Counted from the first letter of the stretch, positions 11,501-19,870 are shown. The stretch is 64,000 bases of DNA from Candidatus Hermodarchaeota archaeon (GCA_048885925.1 JBHLLG010000003.1:23727-87726); one strand, 5' to 3'. Notes: generated from the letters alone by a model not told the origin. Made by a program: numbers and translations.

Positions 11501-14500
11501 TCTATTTTTATATTTTTTAATTACGGAATATAGGTTCATTATTTGGCTTCTTATTCCAATTCCTATAACTTCACCAATACTTGAGCAAATAATGAGAATA
11601 AATTTTATTAAACCATTTTGGCTTTTAACGTGGTCGATGTTATATCTTATATCTTTTCAGGTATTGATAAATTTATTTAAAAATTTGGTAACGGAAGAAA
11701 AACCGGAAATAAAAAATAGTATTTTAAAAATTTTCACGGATAAAAATCAAGTGAAACAGCTTAACTTTACCTGTTTTCTATTAAACTCAATAAGTATATC
11801 TCTATTTATCGCAATTTTTTTACCAAATTTATTGAAACAAATCATATTTACTGAATTACTATTAATTTACCAGATTTGCGATTTTCTAATAATTTGGTCG
11901 TTCTCATTTTTAATTTGTATGAAATATGTTGAAAAATCAGAATTGAATATAAGAATAAAAAATCTAATGCATTATTTCGCAAAAATTAGTTTCATTTTAT
12001 ATCTTTTAATACCCTTTGCACTAGGAATTAATCTTTATTTATATCTGGTATTTATGAAAGCAGAATTTTTGATATCTCTTTATCTAGTTTTATTATTATT
12101 CAGTGCAGTAATGTTTATAGAAAATTTCTTCTTAGATAAAAATTATTTTTATCTTCTTTTCAATTCAACAAGAAATCAATTTACTTTAGGTTCATGGCTA
12201 ATTTTTAGTAATATTTTGGCTCTATTCTTATATTTATTTCATTTAAACGTTTTTCTTTTAATTTTAACTATTTCACTATTGAATATCGTATCTATTTACT
12301 TTTTATCTCATTTAGATATTTCAAAAACCAAAATTTCTACTTCTTATTTAATTCTTATTTATAATTCATTTATTTGGAGTTCTTTTTATATTGCATCGTT
12401 AATTTCTGATGGGTTGGTTTTTATATTTGAAGAATTAAGGGGTTTTACTTATTACTCATTATTATTTCAAAATGCATTTTTACTATTATTCGTTTTTAGT
12501 TATTTTTTCATTAAATTTGAAAAGAATTTAAAAAATTGGATTGAATTCATTTTTTTCATCATATTTCAAGGATTATTAGTAGTAAATTTGATTTTAATAC
12601 TTGTGATTTATAATTATTTAAATGTACTTACAATTAACATAATTATTTTGATTGAGACTTGTTTGTCATTTAAACCAATTAATAGTGTTAATATTATATT
12701 ACCTGAACAAAAATATCCAAACTTCTTAACAAAAATCTCTTCAATTTTAGTATTGTTATTATATATTGAAGTAAGTATGACGATTTATGGATTATTAATT
12801 GGATTCATAGGAATGCTTGAGAGTATTCTAATTTCTCTATCATTATTATTCTTCCTAACTTTTGCAGATATTTATTCTATCAAAAAAGTAAGAAAAAGTT
12901 ATGCTTCACTTGTTCATAGTGTTAGTTTCTTTACGATTTCATTTATGTTGTTTTTAATTATAAATCGGTTGGTATCTCAATATCCACTCTTACTTAGTGT
13001 AGAAATTTTTATCTTTTTAATAATGCAATTTTACACTAATTATTCTTTATTTGCCTCTTTAAAGAATTTTAGTCCAAATAAAAAAGAGGATCTTAAAAAA
13101 GTTCAATTATATATTCAACATCTTCTAGGTATAGGTTTCTATCTCACTCTATGTAGTTTTATATTACAGTCTTTAATCTTACAAAGGTTTGAATTGCAAT
13201 TAATTCTTTTAATCCTAAGCGTTGTAGTCCATGCTTTAATGATTATAGACAATTTTCTTTTGAAATTTATAGGCAAAACGTCTAATTACATTAAAGTCAT
13301 TTCCTGGATATTTATTATGACGTTTACGGCTACATACTTAATCTGGCTTTATAGTACTTATTTTATTACCTCCTTTTTTACTGTTATACCAATTATTATA
13401 ATTATTCTTATCCTCGAAGTAGCTTATCTCTTCAGATTATTGATTTTTTGGCCAATAATTATTTCGAAAAAAGAAAAAATTCGTTTTTTTCTAATTAATT
13501 TAACCTATCTTAATTTTATTACATGGCCTTTGTATTTTGCGAGATTAAATGCTTTTCTTATGCTAAATTTAATACTATTTTCCTTTCTAATTACTGTTAT
13601 AATTACTTATATTGATGAAACTATAGGAGTTTTAAGAGAAAAAACAAGAAAATCCTTGAAGTCTTATTCATTCTTGATTTTTGGTAGCTTATTAACTATT
13701 GACGTTTTCATTCTCTTAGGATTTATTCCCCATTTCGATATTCTATTAAATGTTAGTATTTCTTCTTTATTATTTATTACATTTATTGTAATCAAAGTGA
13801 AGCCATTTAAAGAACATTCATTTATAGCTTTCGGTTTTTGGATGGCCATTTTTTTATTATTAAGCTTATTTATATATCGGATTTCATTATCTTGGATTTT
13901 TGGAGTAGTAGTTTTGGGTTTAACTATTTTAATTTATCCATTCGTATTCCTTTTAGAAGAATTAAGAGAATTATTTAACAGATTTATTGATAATTTAATA
14001 AATTTATTTAGAATGATAAAAACTATTGTTAGGAATTTAGTTATTAATATCGTCAATTTCATAAAGCTATATTTCAAATCAATTTTGATTATTGTTAATA
14101 TGTTTCTTTCAATATTTCTTGGTATTCTTCTATCACCCGCAATATTGAATATATTAAATTGGATTCATTCAATACTCCTAATATTTCCATTTTTTGGATT
14201 ACTCTATTCATTCATCCCCACTAAAAAATCAAAAGATGTGGATATAACTTTTAAACGTCATATGTATCGTCTAATTATCAGTTGGGGTAGTATTATTGTG
14301 GTTTTGTTTGCGTTTATAACACCTATTTGGTATATATTCACTATTTGGATATCAATTTGGATTGTTGGAGCAATTTTATTACCTTATATAAGTTTTAAAG
14401 AAAAAAGTGAGAATATATCAATTAAGTGGAGATTTTATACACTAATACTTTTAATAATTTTGCTTATTTTATTTGGAATATTATTTGGTACTCAGATTTA

Positions 14501-14522
14501 TATGAATTTTTTTCTAAATTAA
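5535..14522 (+). CDS. giant polytopic integral membrane protein (2,995 aa); no recognisable soluble or catalytic domain
   Basis: 8,988-nt uninterrupted ORF in ~20% GC DNA. The tracked start is TTG 5535, with an alternative ATG at 5547. The ORF track lists only four antisense ORFs (60-82 aa) inside it. The translation is F/I/L/Y/S/N-rich hydrophobic stretches separated by short K/R/E/N loops. Confidence 0.8.
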   Translation: MQWAMKADNNNSQEKIRKATELLQKSWWFSWFLIIAPLTTAIVGFFIFRLFRIEFYLALSFAVVVFMFALLLFYKAFDKYRNNPFFLDKTNNLKARIHIIFLISTLAFIATPIFILISPVGYSFITLPLISYALLYNIVYYYCYFQPLDFYDLNKGEFKHAQDFKLILKQPYNFLLFLNYIIHIIFLSITASTNFSWLYSLITNLFIYFITITSTKKQINEIDVLILEKKSFLKELTLYKLKLTISLINLIFILLIQLPFIVLITSILSGTHYSNIELVNSFFLSLIFILFYFKSRFYISFYYTSRLTVYEEAEKLKDVQERPPFLSNKYQKYNSYFSGLLILLIMLFSFLINIPVLILFILPFLYILFHYEQKSDLCSKKYNKYIILLNSFVILISICFGLLPQISEIFYINIQFISFLFLSYFALQLFAKFGYFNKDNIIIYQNIIGVSCFSIILYSFFPIVIFEYISFTSDPFIIFISNFLVHSILILIILLISFYVLYIRFFYAKRPKLFKVSVVANIFVIELILFILINLRIFYLVELFTFFQILILSTILFPLIFIIFVSINYFMGILPLKNFLLLTYYSFWMLILTVFLSISLTFFNNYIIITLDLLLLSILLHYNIKFGLNLDKITAKTFKKFVKVNSYLLTFELFFLFYNIFFVAFQALLLFDNIIYSTYLSLAIICTLINLFSKREIFSEALYIKINVFILLYSSIITFYFFLLLTLNTFYVLIIPILTSSIVLYIPILYLRKKKLCSNLTPKLLTFNSILLSITLALIPTIIGLDLFYLGIYFDLTFLIITIINFTLYILFLIFAIINYLSRKIKIREERLKFFLKFQLLTVFCTSATTIFYYPYFLLSETLYAIVFPLIFVCCFLYFPLYYSYKKSFFNIEDVKRIIILNTIILSCLLTTIPTLVGINFIYLGVIFDFNMFLLNILNFSIYIFYLFLLIISSLLKKFKIKENFILIVNQVHIIFLFIISITTVFFYPFLVLLESYYGIILPLIALLFSWFFLFYYSYKKEYFNLERVKKLTIYNFIIFSCLIISLPTIVSLEFIRIGLEVNLIFILTSSLFLLFVFLKISESLSVKIKLKEKFIKNFKLFAFISWFSFTLLISYYIASTFIAEIELTPITLLILSCSFFTFFTLSIYSLFLFSSYSAGLSYLKYFQDLIIYGIIISISFIFFFLILSVEFFVFLFIGPLLFNVSILIGSFFTIFLLILIIIDKIIEIRLSQLKIIIELISWLIIKILICLSTFSLFDFFTYQFFAYQFFMINKILLFSLIFLFLTPISLFILKSLKYLTTENQFLIKKIAVIIFIISILSIYSEILFNTMNLLPIFYQNFLFHITVFMVNLILFGYYFILIFNITVEERSVLKLFRFYILSFILFISLLYFGTILSIFLLLISFVIILSQRSSIPIFRFFSYFLLSFFTFIETIVILNTYAIIPGFDILMMNIFIILYLLSISGVLVFSILLNIKRNNNLEKISLYSLISLLSFVYLNSFTKILILYNITISAFILLLFIGINLYRQKDERYKWFINPCVLLFIFDFISFLSYSWFFNNPIFKLYNPILTFTLTLSMTGFGFILLYNKAPARFRKKSFLYVILPSIVFSFPTFLYFLIIAALSMPLWSVVPFIVAINFGVFLFYFSIGIYQWRISWTIWKSGWYAWNILPFVNFYIIYQNFTGIDVLTNSLQFGMFSVEGSLIISIIICSLFFLPVVYSKIKKYFSQIFFIIWGESLFLLYWISQNLFVDDILLRNLSFVLFSAILLMPILVGLKFWKILSILWVFPLTFINIWFISSYLISIGISFELAFSIDVLVIGLLLIVYSFFPNIRSVVVVLITAYFITLLGIFLTIYFVLYSLILNPYFAINMSFITVGFSLFSSKYVKLSKRIIDICLSWILIINFAWLTFNTLSLIPGLIMVAFSLALTVLGFSFFIFNRYKMKIPINKAIPYLILTIGASLSASSLISIIFKASPGILISVSFSVFILFLYFLITEYRFIIWLLIPIPITSPILEQIMRINFIKPFWLLTWSMLYLISFQVLINLFKNLVTEEKPEIKNSILKIFTDKNQVKQLNFTCFLLNSISISLFIAIFLPNLLKQIIFTELLLIYQICDFLIIWSFSFLICMKYVEKSELNIRIKNLMHYFAKISFILYLLIPFALGINLYLYLVFMKAEFLISLYLVLLLFSAVMFIENFFLDKNYFYLLFNSTRNQFTLGSWLIFSNILALFLYLFHLNVFLLILTISLLNIVSIYFLSHLDISKTKISTSYLILIYNSFIWSSFYIASLISDGLVFIFEELRGFTYYSLLFQNAFLLLFVFSYFFIKFEKNLKNWIEFIFFIIFQGLLVVNLILILVIYNYLNVLTINIIILIETCLSFKPINSVNIILPEQKYPNFLTKISSILVLLLYIEVSMTIYGLLIGFIGMLESILISLSLLFFLTFADIYSIKKVRKSYASLVHSVSFFTISFMLFLIINRLVSQYPLLLSVEIFIFLIMQFYTNYSLFASLKNFSPNKKEDLKKVQLYIQHLLGIGFYLTLCSFILQSLILQRFELQLILLILSVVVHALMIIDNFLLKFIGKTSNYIKVISWIFIMTFTATYLIWLYSTYFITSFFTVIPIIIIILILEVAYLFRLLIFWPIIISKKEKIRFFLINLTYLNFITWPLYFARLNAFLMLNLILFSFLITVIITYIDETIGVLREKTRKSLKSYSFLIFGSLLTIDVFILLGFIPHFDILLNVSISSLLFITFIVIKVKPFKEHSFIAFGFWMAIFLLLSLFIYRISLSWIFGVVVLGLTILIYPFVFLLEELRELFNRFIDNLINLFRMIKTIVRNLVINIVNFIKLYFKSILIIVNMFLSIFLGILLSPAILNILNWIHSILLIFPFFGLLYSFIPTKKSKDVDITFKRHMYRLIISWGSIIVVLFAFITPIWYIFTIWISIWIVGAILLPYISFKEKSENISIKWRFYTLILLIILLILFGILFGTQIYMNFFLN
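7821..9035 (+). repeat. three tandem ~135-aa (about 405-nt) four-helix modules inside the giant membrane gene
   Basis: Copies start at aa 763, 898 and 1032. They share the skeleton '..LS..L..IPT..G...YLG..FD....NF..YI..L' followed by 'TT.FYYP..LL.E..Y.I..PLI' and then 'YYSYKK..FN.E.VK+'. Copies 1 and 2 align clearly. Copy 3 is decayed. Confidence 0.7.
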
Positions 14523-14720
14523 TGATGAAATTTTAAATTTGATAATTTTTAAAATCAGTAATTTTTGAAATCAATAATTATTATATTTGTTTTTATAGAG
14601 TACTATAGTAATTTTATAAACATGTGTATAAAAAGTTGAAAACTTTAAATATATGTTAAAATGAACTATTATTTGAAAATCTAAAATAAAATATAAAAGT
14701 TTAAAAAAATAAATTAAGAA

Positions 14721-16211
14721 GTGATCAAAAATATGGAAGCACTAACTAAAAGAATTATAGCTATTGTCCTTATTGTTGCCATTGGAGCAGGTGTTGGCGT
14801 GACCGCATGGATTTTTCTTGCGGCACCAGGCGCTGGTGAATATTCTTGGGGTGCAAAAGATTGTCCAGGCTTACCTGAAGGAGCTACTGTTACTTCAGAG
14901 AATATAATCAAGTTCGGAGTGGCCGGTGATGTTGGTGAAATAACAGGTGATGGCGCTTGGGAAGGTACAAGGTTCGCGGCAAAAGAAATAAATGCAGCAG
15001 GTGGTATTGTAATTAACGGTACTACATATTATATTGGGGTCACAAAAGAAGATACAGATGAGGCAAATCCTAATTTAGTAACATCAAGAGGTGTTAATGC
15101 CGCAGAAAGGTTGGTGTATAATAAAAAGGTTCATTTTGGAATTGGTGGATTCAGATCAGAGGCATTGTTAGCATACCGAGAAGTATTTATGGAAAACGAG
15201 ATTATATTTATTGATACTGGAGCCGCTACAGATGTATTTTGTGCATCAGTCGGATCATGGTATACTAGATATAAATATTTCTGGAGATCCATGCCAATAA
15301 ACTCATCTTCATTAGGCGCTCAAATCTTTGGCTATCTCTTCTATATGGTAGGTTTGTTAAATTACACCTATCATCCTGCTACAAGTCCAATTGGAGGAAC
15401 TGAACCAATTGATAAAATTGGAATAATTTATGAAGATTTAACTTGGACAAAGGATTTAGTAAATGGCGTGAAGACATATTTCGGAACTCCAGGAATCCCT
15501 GTTCCTCCCTATAATAAATACGCAGGAATGCTTGTAGAAGATATCCCATATGATGTTACCTTAACCTCGGCAGATATGCTCACTCATGTAAATGCATTAA
15601 TAGCTGCTGGATGTGATATTGTTATCCCTGTAATATCTGCTCAAGGTGGAGTATTCTTAACACAACATTATGCTGATCTTACGCCAAATTTCATTTTAAT
15701 AGGAATAGATGTTCAATCACAGTTGGACACATATTGGACTCAAACTGGCGGAGATTGTGTGTACGAGACTATAATGCAAAGTATACATTATACCAATAAA
15801 ACTGCAACCACAAAATCATTTTGGACAGATTTTCGCACAGAATATGGTCATGATCCACTTTATACTGCATCGGGTAGCTACGATGCTGTAAACTTCCTTG
15901 TGTGGGCAATCGAAGAGACTCAATCATTAGATCCAGATGTTATAACAGTTCAAATGGAGACAGCTACAAAATCCAATGTAATAAATAATCCTGGGGATTT
16001 CCCTTCTAGTGTTGGTGGACTTGGAGCCTACAATAGTAATCACGATCTGATTGCAGGTTATCCATTTGGATATACTTTGTGGTGCCAGTGGCAAGCTAAC
16101 GCAACGAAAATAATTTGTCCAACCGGAGGTTATGTATACCCTGACACCGCTCTTGAGAATATTGGAACGTATCAAGTGTCACCTTGGGTTCATACAGCAT
16201 GGACAACTTAA
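14721..16211 (+). CDS. ABC transporter substrate-binding protein, Leu/Ile/Val-binding-protein (type I PBP) family
   Basis: N-terminal hydrophobic anchor (IIAIVLIVAIGAGVGVTAWIFLAA). Then 'KFGVAGDVGEITGDGAWEGTRFAAKEINAAGGI' and 'VHFGIGGFRSEA', typical of LivK-like binding proteins. First gene ahead of livHMGF. Tracked start GTG 14721, alternative ATG 14733. Confidence 0.75.
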   Translation: MIKNMEALTKRIIAIVLIVAIGAGVGVTAWIFLAAPGAGEYSWGAKDCPGLPEGATVTSENIIKFGVAGDVGEITGDGAWEGTRFAAKEINAAGGIVINGTTYYIGVTKEDTDEANPNLVTSRGVNAAERLVYNKKVHFGIGGFRSEALLAYREVFMENEIIFIDTGAATDVFCASVGSWYTRYKYFWRSMPINSSSLGAQIFGYLFYMVGLLNYTYHPATSPIGGTEPIDKIGIIYEDLTWTKDLVNGVKTYFGTPGIPVPPYNKYAGMLVEDIPYDVTLTSADMLTHVNALIAAGCDIVIPVISAQGGVFLTQHYADLTPNFILIGIDVQSQLDTYWTQTGGDCVYETIMQSIHYTNKTATTKSFWTDFRTEYGHDPLYTASGSYDAVNFLVWAIEETQSLDPDVITVQMETATKSNVINNPGDFPSSVGGLGAYNSNHDLIAGYPFGYTLWCQWQANATKIICPTGGYVYPDTALENIGTYQVSPWVHTAWTT

Positions 16212-16272
16212 AACAACTAAGAAGATTGACTAGAAAATTAAATTGAATTAACTATTTAATAAATACAAATAA

Positions 16273-16288
16273 TTTTTTTTTTTTTTTT
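16273..16288 (+). terminator. oligo-T tract (16 consecutive T) between the binding-protein gene and the permease genes
   Basis: The T16 run is seen directly, 62 nt after the stop at 16211. Archaeal RNA polymerase terminates or pauses at oligo-T tracts. The position would give excess binding-protein transcript relative to the permeases. Confidence 0.45.
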
Positions 16289-16445
16289 AAGAAATATAAC
16301 GTAGTAGAGAATAGATTTATAATTTTATAAAGTAGGTTGTTATTGTATTATTTTGTCAAAAAATAATTGAAAGATTAGCTTTATAAAAGATGGGATAAAA
16401 GTATAATATAAGTATTTTAATAAAAACACCTAGGAACAATTAAAA

Positions 16446-17336
16446 ATGATTGAAGATATAATAAATTTCATATTCAATGGTACTTTAAATGGTGCTGTAT
16501 ATGCTCTAGTTGCTATGGGATACTCCTTAACTTATGGAGTAGGAGGAATTATGAATCTATCTCATGGAGCATATTTTATGTTAACAGGTTATTTAATGTT
16601 ATGGTTGGTTGGATCTCCTTTTTTTGAAGGGCTCGAGTGGTTAACTGTAGTCCTTGCATTGCTTATTATAACGATAATAGGAGGACTTACGTATATCTTA
16701 CTTATTAATCCTTTACAAGAGTCTCATGTTGCCGTTGTCCTAATAACCTTCGGATTAGCGTTCTTTTTAGAACAAGTAGTATTAATATCTCCTTCTGGTA
16801 CTGAATCCTGGTCTATTAGTAATTTGAGATTAGTTCAGGGTGCTACACAATTTCTAGGATATAGTATTATTAATCAATTTTTAGCACTCATAATTATATC
16901 TTTGATAATTGTTTCTTTATTCGCACTTTTTATCAGCAAATCCAAGCTTGGAAAATCTATTCGAGCAGTCTCCCAAGACAGAGAAGCAGCTATGTTAATG
17001 GGGATAAATGCTGATAAAATTCTCCTATACACTGTCATGATTTCAGCATTTTTAGCAGCCGTGGCAGCATTTCTATATCTGCCGGGAGCTGCCTTAAGTG
17101 GTCCCTCTATGGGATGGGAATTTTTAACGAATTCATTTGCTATCGTAATTCTTGGAGGGATGGGAAGTCTTGTAGGAAGTGTAGTTGGGGCTTACATTGT
17201 GGGATATACTATCCAATTTACAAATATTTTTATTCCTAATGGTCCATCTTGGGCGCATTTAGTTCCTATAATAGTTATTGTTATAATGCTCTTAATTAGA
17301 CCTCAGGGATTGTTTGGAAAAAAAGAACTAAAATAA
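16446..17336 (+). CDS. livH: branched-chain-amino-acid-type ABC transporter permease (LivH family)
   Basis: 296 aa, polytopic. N-terminal 'NGAVYALVAMGYSLTYGVGGIMNLSHGA' and C-terminal 'ILGGMGSLVGSVVGA' are typical LivH signatures. Confidence 0.85.
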   Translation: MIEDIINFIFNGTLNGAVYALVAMGYSLTYGVGGIMNLSHGAYFMLTGYLMLWLVGSPFFEGLEWLTVVLALLIITIIGGLTYILLINPLQESHVAVVLITFGLAFFLEQVVLISPSGTESWSISNLRLVQGATQFLGYSIINQFLALIIISLIIVSLFALFISKSKLGKSIRAVSQDREAAMLMGINADKILLYTVMISAFLAAVAAFLYLPGAALSGPSMGWEFLTNSFAIVILGGMGSLVGSVVGAYIVGYTIQFTNIFIPNGPSWAHLVPIIVIVIMLLIRPQGLFGKKELK

Positions 17337-17356
17337 TAAATTGAGGAATTTAAAAT

Positions 17357-18391
17357 ATGTTTACAAAAAGAGTTCAGGAAAAAGTATCCGATTTTCCAAG
17401 TTATTTTAAGACATGGGCTAAAACATTTAGTGGAGGCTTAACCCTTTTTTGCGTACTTAGTCTTGCATTGCTTCCTTTTCTTTCACAAAATGTGAATTTT
17501 ACATATTTATTCTTACGCCAATTCACACTTGCTATGATTTTTTCAATCTTTGCTGCAAGTTGGGATCTTTTAACTGGAATTGCCGGACAAATTAGTTTTG
17601 GGCACGCTATTTTTTTTGGAATATCAAGTTATGTTTGTGCTTACCTTATTAAATACCAAAGCTTCAATGTTTTCTTAGCAATGTTATGTGGCGCAATTGC
17701 AGCAGTTTTATTTGGCTTAACCATTGGAATACCATGCTTAAGACTGAGAGGCCCGTATTTAGCATTAGGAACTCTTGCATTAAGCTTAATTTTATTAAAA
17801 TTATTTTTAATGGGTTCACTTGCTGATATATTCTTTGGTTCAGAAGGAATATTCGGTCTTAAAGGATTGTATCCTGCACTTTCTAGAAACCCTGTTTTAG
17901 AATATTTTATAATATTCATTTCAATGGTAATAGTATTTATAATTATAATTCAAATTACTAAATCTAGATTTGGAACTATTTTGAAATCAATTCGTGATGA
18001 CGAGTTGGGAGCAGATGCTTCAGGAATTAATACAACAAGATATAAAATTTATGCATTTATGTTAAGTGCTCTATTTGCTGGAATTGCTGGTTCCTTTTAT
18101 ACCATGTATATCGGAGCTGTAAACCCTACTGGGAACTTTGGTACGGTTATTTCATTTTTTGCTATTCTCATGGCCTCTTTAGGGGGAATTGCCACAATTT
18201 CAGGATCAGCATTAGGAGCTTTTTTCTTCATTTTTCTTGAATATGCTCTTATACAAGCAGGGGTTGAAATTTACGTTCATTTGATTTTTGCCATTACGTT
18301 AATTATCGTTGTTCGATTTGCAGAACACGGTATTTTAAGACCTTTAGTTGAGCGTTTAAAAGATTTATGGGATGTTTTATTAGGAAGATAA
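17357..18391 (+). CDS. livM: branched-chain-amino-acid-type ABC transporter permease (LivM family)
   Basis: 'GQISFGHAIFFGISSY', 'LRLRGPYLALGTLAL' and 'IRDDELGADASGIN' are LivM-like. A GAGG Shine-Dalgarno-like motif lies ~9 nt upstream. Confidence 0.85.
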   Translation: MFTKRVQEKVSDFPSYFKTWAKTFSGGLTLFCVLSLALLPFLSQNVNFTYLFLRQFTLAMIFSIFAASWDLLTGIAGQISFGHAIFFGISSYVCAYLIKYQSFNVFLAMLCGAIAAVLFGLTIGIPCLRLRGPYLALGTLALSLILLKLFLMGSLADIFFGSEGIFGLKGLYPALSRNPVLEYFIIFISMVIVFIIIIQITKSRFGTILKSIRDDELGADASGINTTRYKIYAFMLSALFAGIAGSFYTMYIGAVNPTGNFGTVISFFAILMASLGGIATISGSALGAFFFIFLEYALIQAGVEIYVHLIFAITLIIVVRFAEHGILRPLVERLKDLWDVLLGR

Positions 18392-18432
18392 AAATTAATA
18401 TTTTAATGAATTAAATTAAGGTGAATTAAATA

Positions 18433-19173
18433 ATGGGAGTTCTTTTAGAAGTTAAAAATTTAACAAAAAAGTTTGGTGGATTAACAGCAGTTAATGATTT
18501 TAGTTTTGAAATCATGCAAGGAGAATTTGTTGGTTTAATTGGACCAAATGGCGCAGGTAAAACTACTGTGTTTAATCTAATATCTGGGTTTGAAAAACCT
18601 ACATCAGGAAAAATTCGGTTTGATGGAATTGATATTATTGGAATGCGACCATATAAAATTGTAAATTTAGGACTTGCGAGAACCTTTCAGTTGGTAAGAT
18701 CTTTTAAATTTCTCAGTCTTCTTGATAATGTGACTGTCGCTTGTTTATCGCATAGAGGAAAGCAAGTTTCAAAAGATATAGGCACGGATGAATATGCAAG
18801 TTCAATTCTTGCTGCTGTAGGTCTTGTGGATAAAGCAAGAATACCACCTATTATAGTACCTCATGGTGATTTGAGAAAATTACAAATTGGAAAAGCGATT
18901 GCTACCAATCCAAAATTACTTCTTCTTGATGAACCATTTAGTGGCCTTAGTTTTGAGGAAACAGTAGGTATTATTGATTTAATAAAGAAGTTACATAGCG
19001 ATGGAGTTACTATTTTGATGACGGGTCATGTATTACGTGAACTTATGGCTTTAGTACCAAGAGTAATTGCGATGCATCAAGGTAAATTCATTATGGAGGG
19101 GACTCCTAAAGAAGTTGCGAATAATAAAATTGTGCTTGAAGCATATTTAGGAAGAGGTGAAGGTTATGCTTGA
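18433..19173 (+). CDS. livG: ABC transporter ATP-binding protein (LivG family), atypical signature motif
   Basis: Walker A 'GPNGAGKTT', Q-loop 'RTFQ', Walker B 'LLLLDEP' and an H-loop His. The position of the LSGGQ signature reads 'VPHGDL'. AGGTGA lies upstream of the ATG. Confidence 0.85.
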   Translation: MGVLLEVKNLTKKFGGLTAVNDFSFEIMQGEFVGLIGPNGAGKTTVFNLISGFEKPTSGKIRFDGIDIIGMRPYKIVNLGLARTFQLVRSFKFLSLLDNVTVACLSHRGKQVSKDIGTDEYASSILAAVGLVDKARIPPIIVPHGDLRKLQIGKAIATNPKLLLLDEPFSGLSFEETVGIIDLIKKLHSDGVTILMTGHVLRELMALVPRVIAMHQGKFIMEGTPKEVANNKIVLEAYLGRGEGYA

Positions 19174-19870
19174 AATAAAGAAATTATATCATTATTATGG
19201 GAAAGCAAGAGCTCTTGAAGAAATCAATTTAAAAATTGAAGAGAAAGTTTTAGATGCTGTTATTGGTCCAAATGGAGCGGGAAAATCTACTCTTCTCAGA
19301 GTAATATCTGGTTTAGAAGAACCAGATAGAGGAAAAATTGAATTCTTAGGAGAGAGAATAGATGAGTTAAAAGCTCATAAAATAGCCAAAAAAGGAATTT
19401 CTCATTGTCCAGAACGTCGAAGGTTGTTTCCTGACATGAATGTTGCCGATAATCTCAAAATGGGAGCATTCTTAAATAAAGATAAAGAAAAATACAAAAT
19501 ATTAAGAGATTTTGTTTTTGAAATTTTTCCACGTCTTAAAGAAAGAAGAAAGCAACGGGCAGGGACATTAAGTGGAGGAGAACAACAAATGCTTGCTATT
19601 GCACGTTCTCTTATGGCTAACCCAAAATTGCTTTTATTAGATGAACCATCATTAGGTTTAGCTCCAAAAGTTAAGAAAAAAATTTTTGAAGCAATTGAAA
19701 TGATCAAAAAAGAAGGTACAACTACATTATTAGTTGAACAAGATGCCGCATTAGCTATGGATGTATCTGAATATCTCCATGTTTTAGAGGAAGGAAAAAT
19801 TGAAATGCGTGGTACAAGCGAAGAATTAAAGAGAGAACCTCGAATTAAAAAAATATATTTAGGTATATAG
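19157..19870 (+). CDS. livF: ABC transporter ATP-binding protein (LivF family)
   Basis: Walker A 'GPNGAGKST', canonical signature 'LSGGEQQ' and Walker B 'LLLLDEP'. Overlaps the livG 3' end (tracked GTG 19157, or ATG 19166 inside ATGCTTGA). Confidence 0.85.
   Translation: MKVMLEIKKLYHYYGKARALEEINLKIEEKVLDAVIGPNGAGKSTLLRVISGLEEPDRGKIEFLGERIDELKAHKIAKKGISHCPERRRLFPDMNVADNLKMGAFLNKDKEKYKILRDFVFEIFPRLKERRKQRAGTLSGGEQQMLAIARSLMANPKLLLLDEPSLGLAPKVKKKIFEAIEMIKKEGTTTLLVEQDAALAMDVSEYLHVLEEGKIEMRGTSEELKREPRIKKIYLGI

Noticed and set aside
8588-13849. Short antisense ORFs inside the giant membrane gene (8588-8824, 11099-11347, 11357-11539, 13664-13849)
   Set aside because: They are fully nested antisense to a far longer ORF and 60-82 aa long. 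Their K/N/I-rich composition mirrors the sense codons. No start context is present.
5535-14522. Possibility that the 9-kb ORF is non-coding T-rich low-complexity DNA that merely lacks stops
   Set aside because: At ~20% GC, A-containing stop triplets are abundant. The ORF track lists only four antisense ORFs of 60-82 aa inside it. The open frame shows an ordered alternation of hydrophobic segments and basic loops, with conserved polar motifs in tandem cassettes. That indicates genuine coding sequence.
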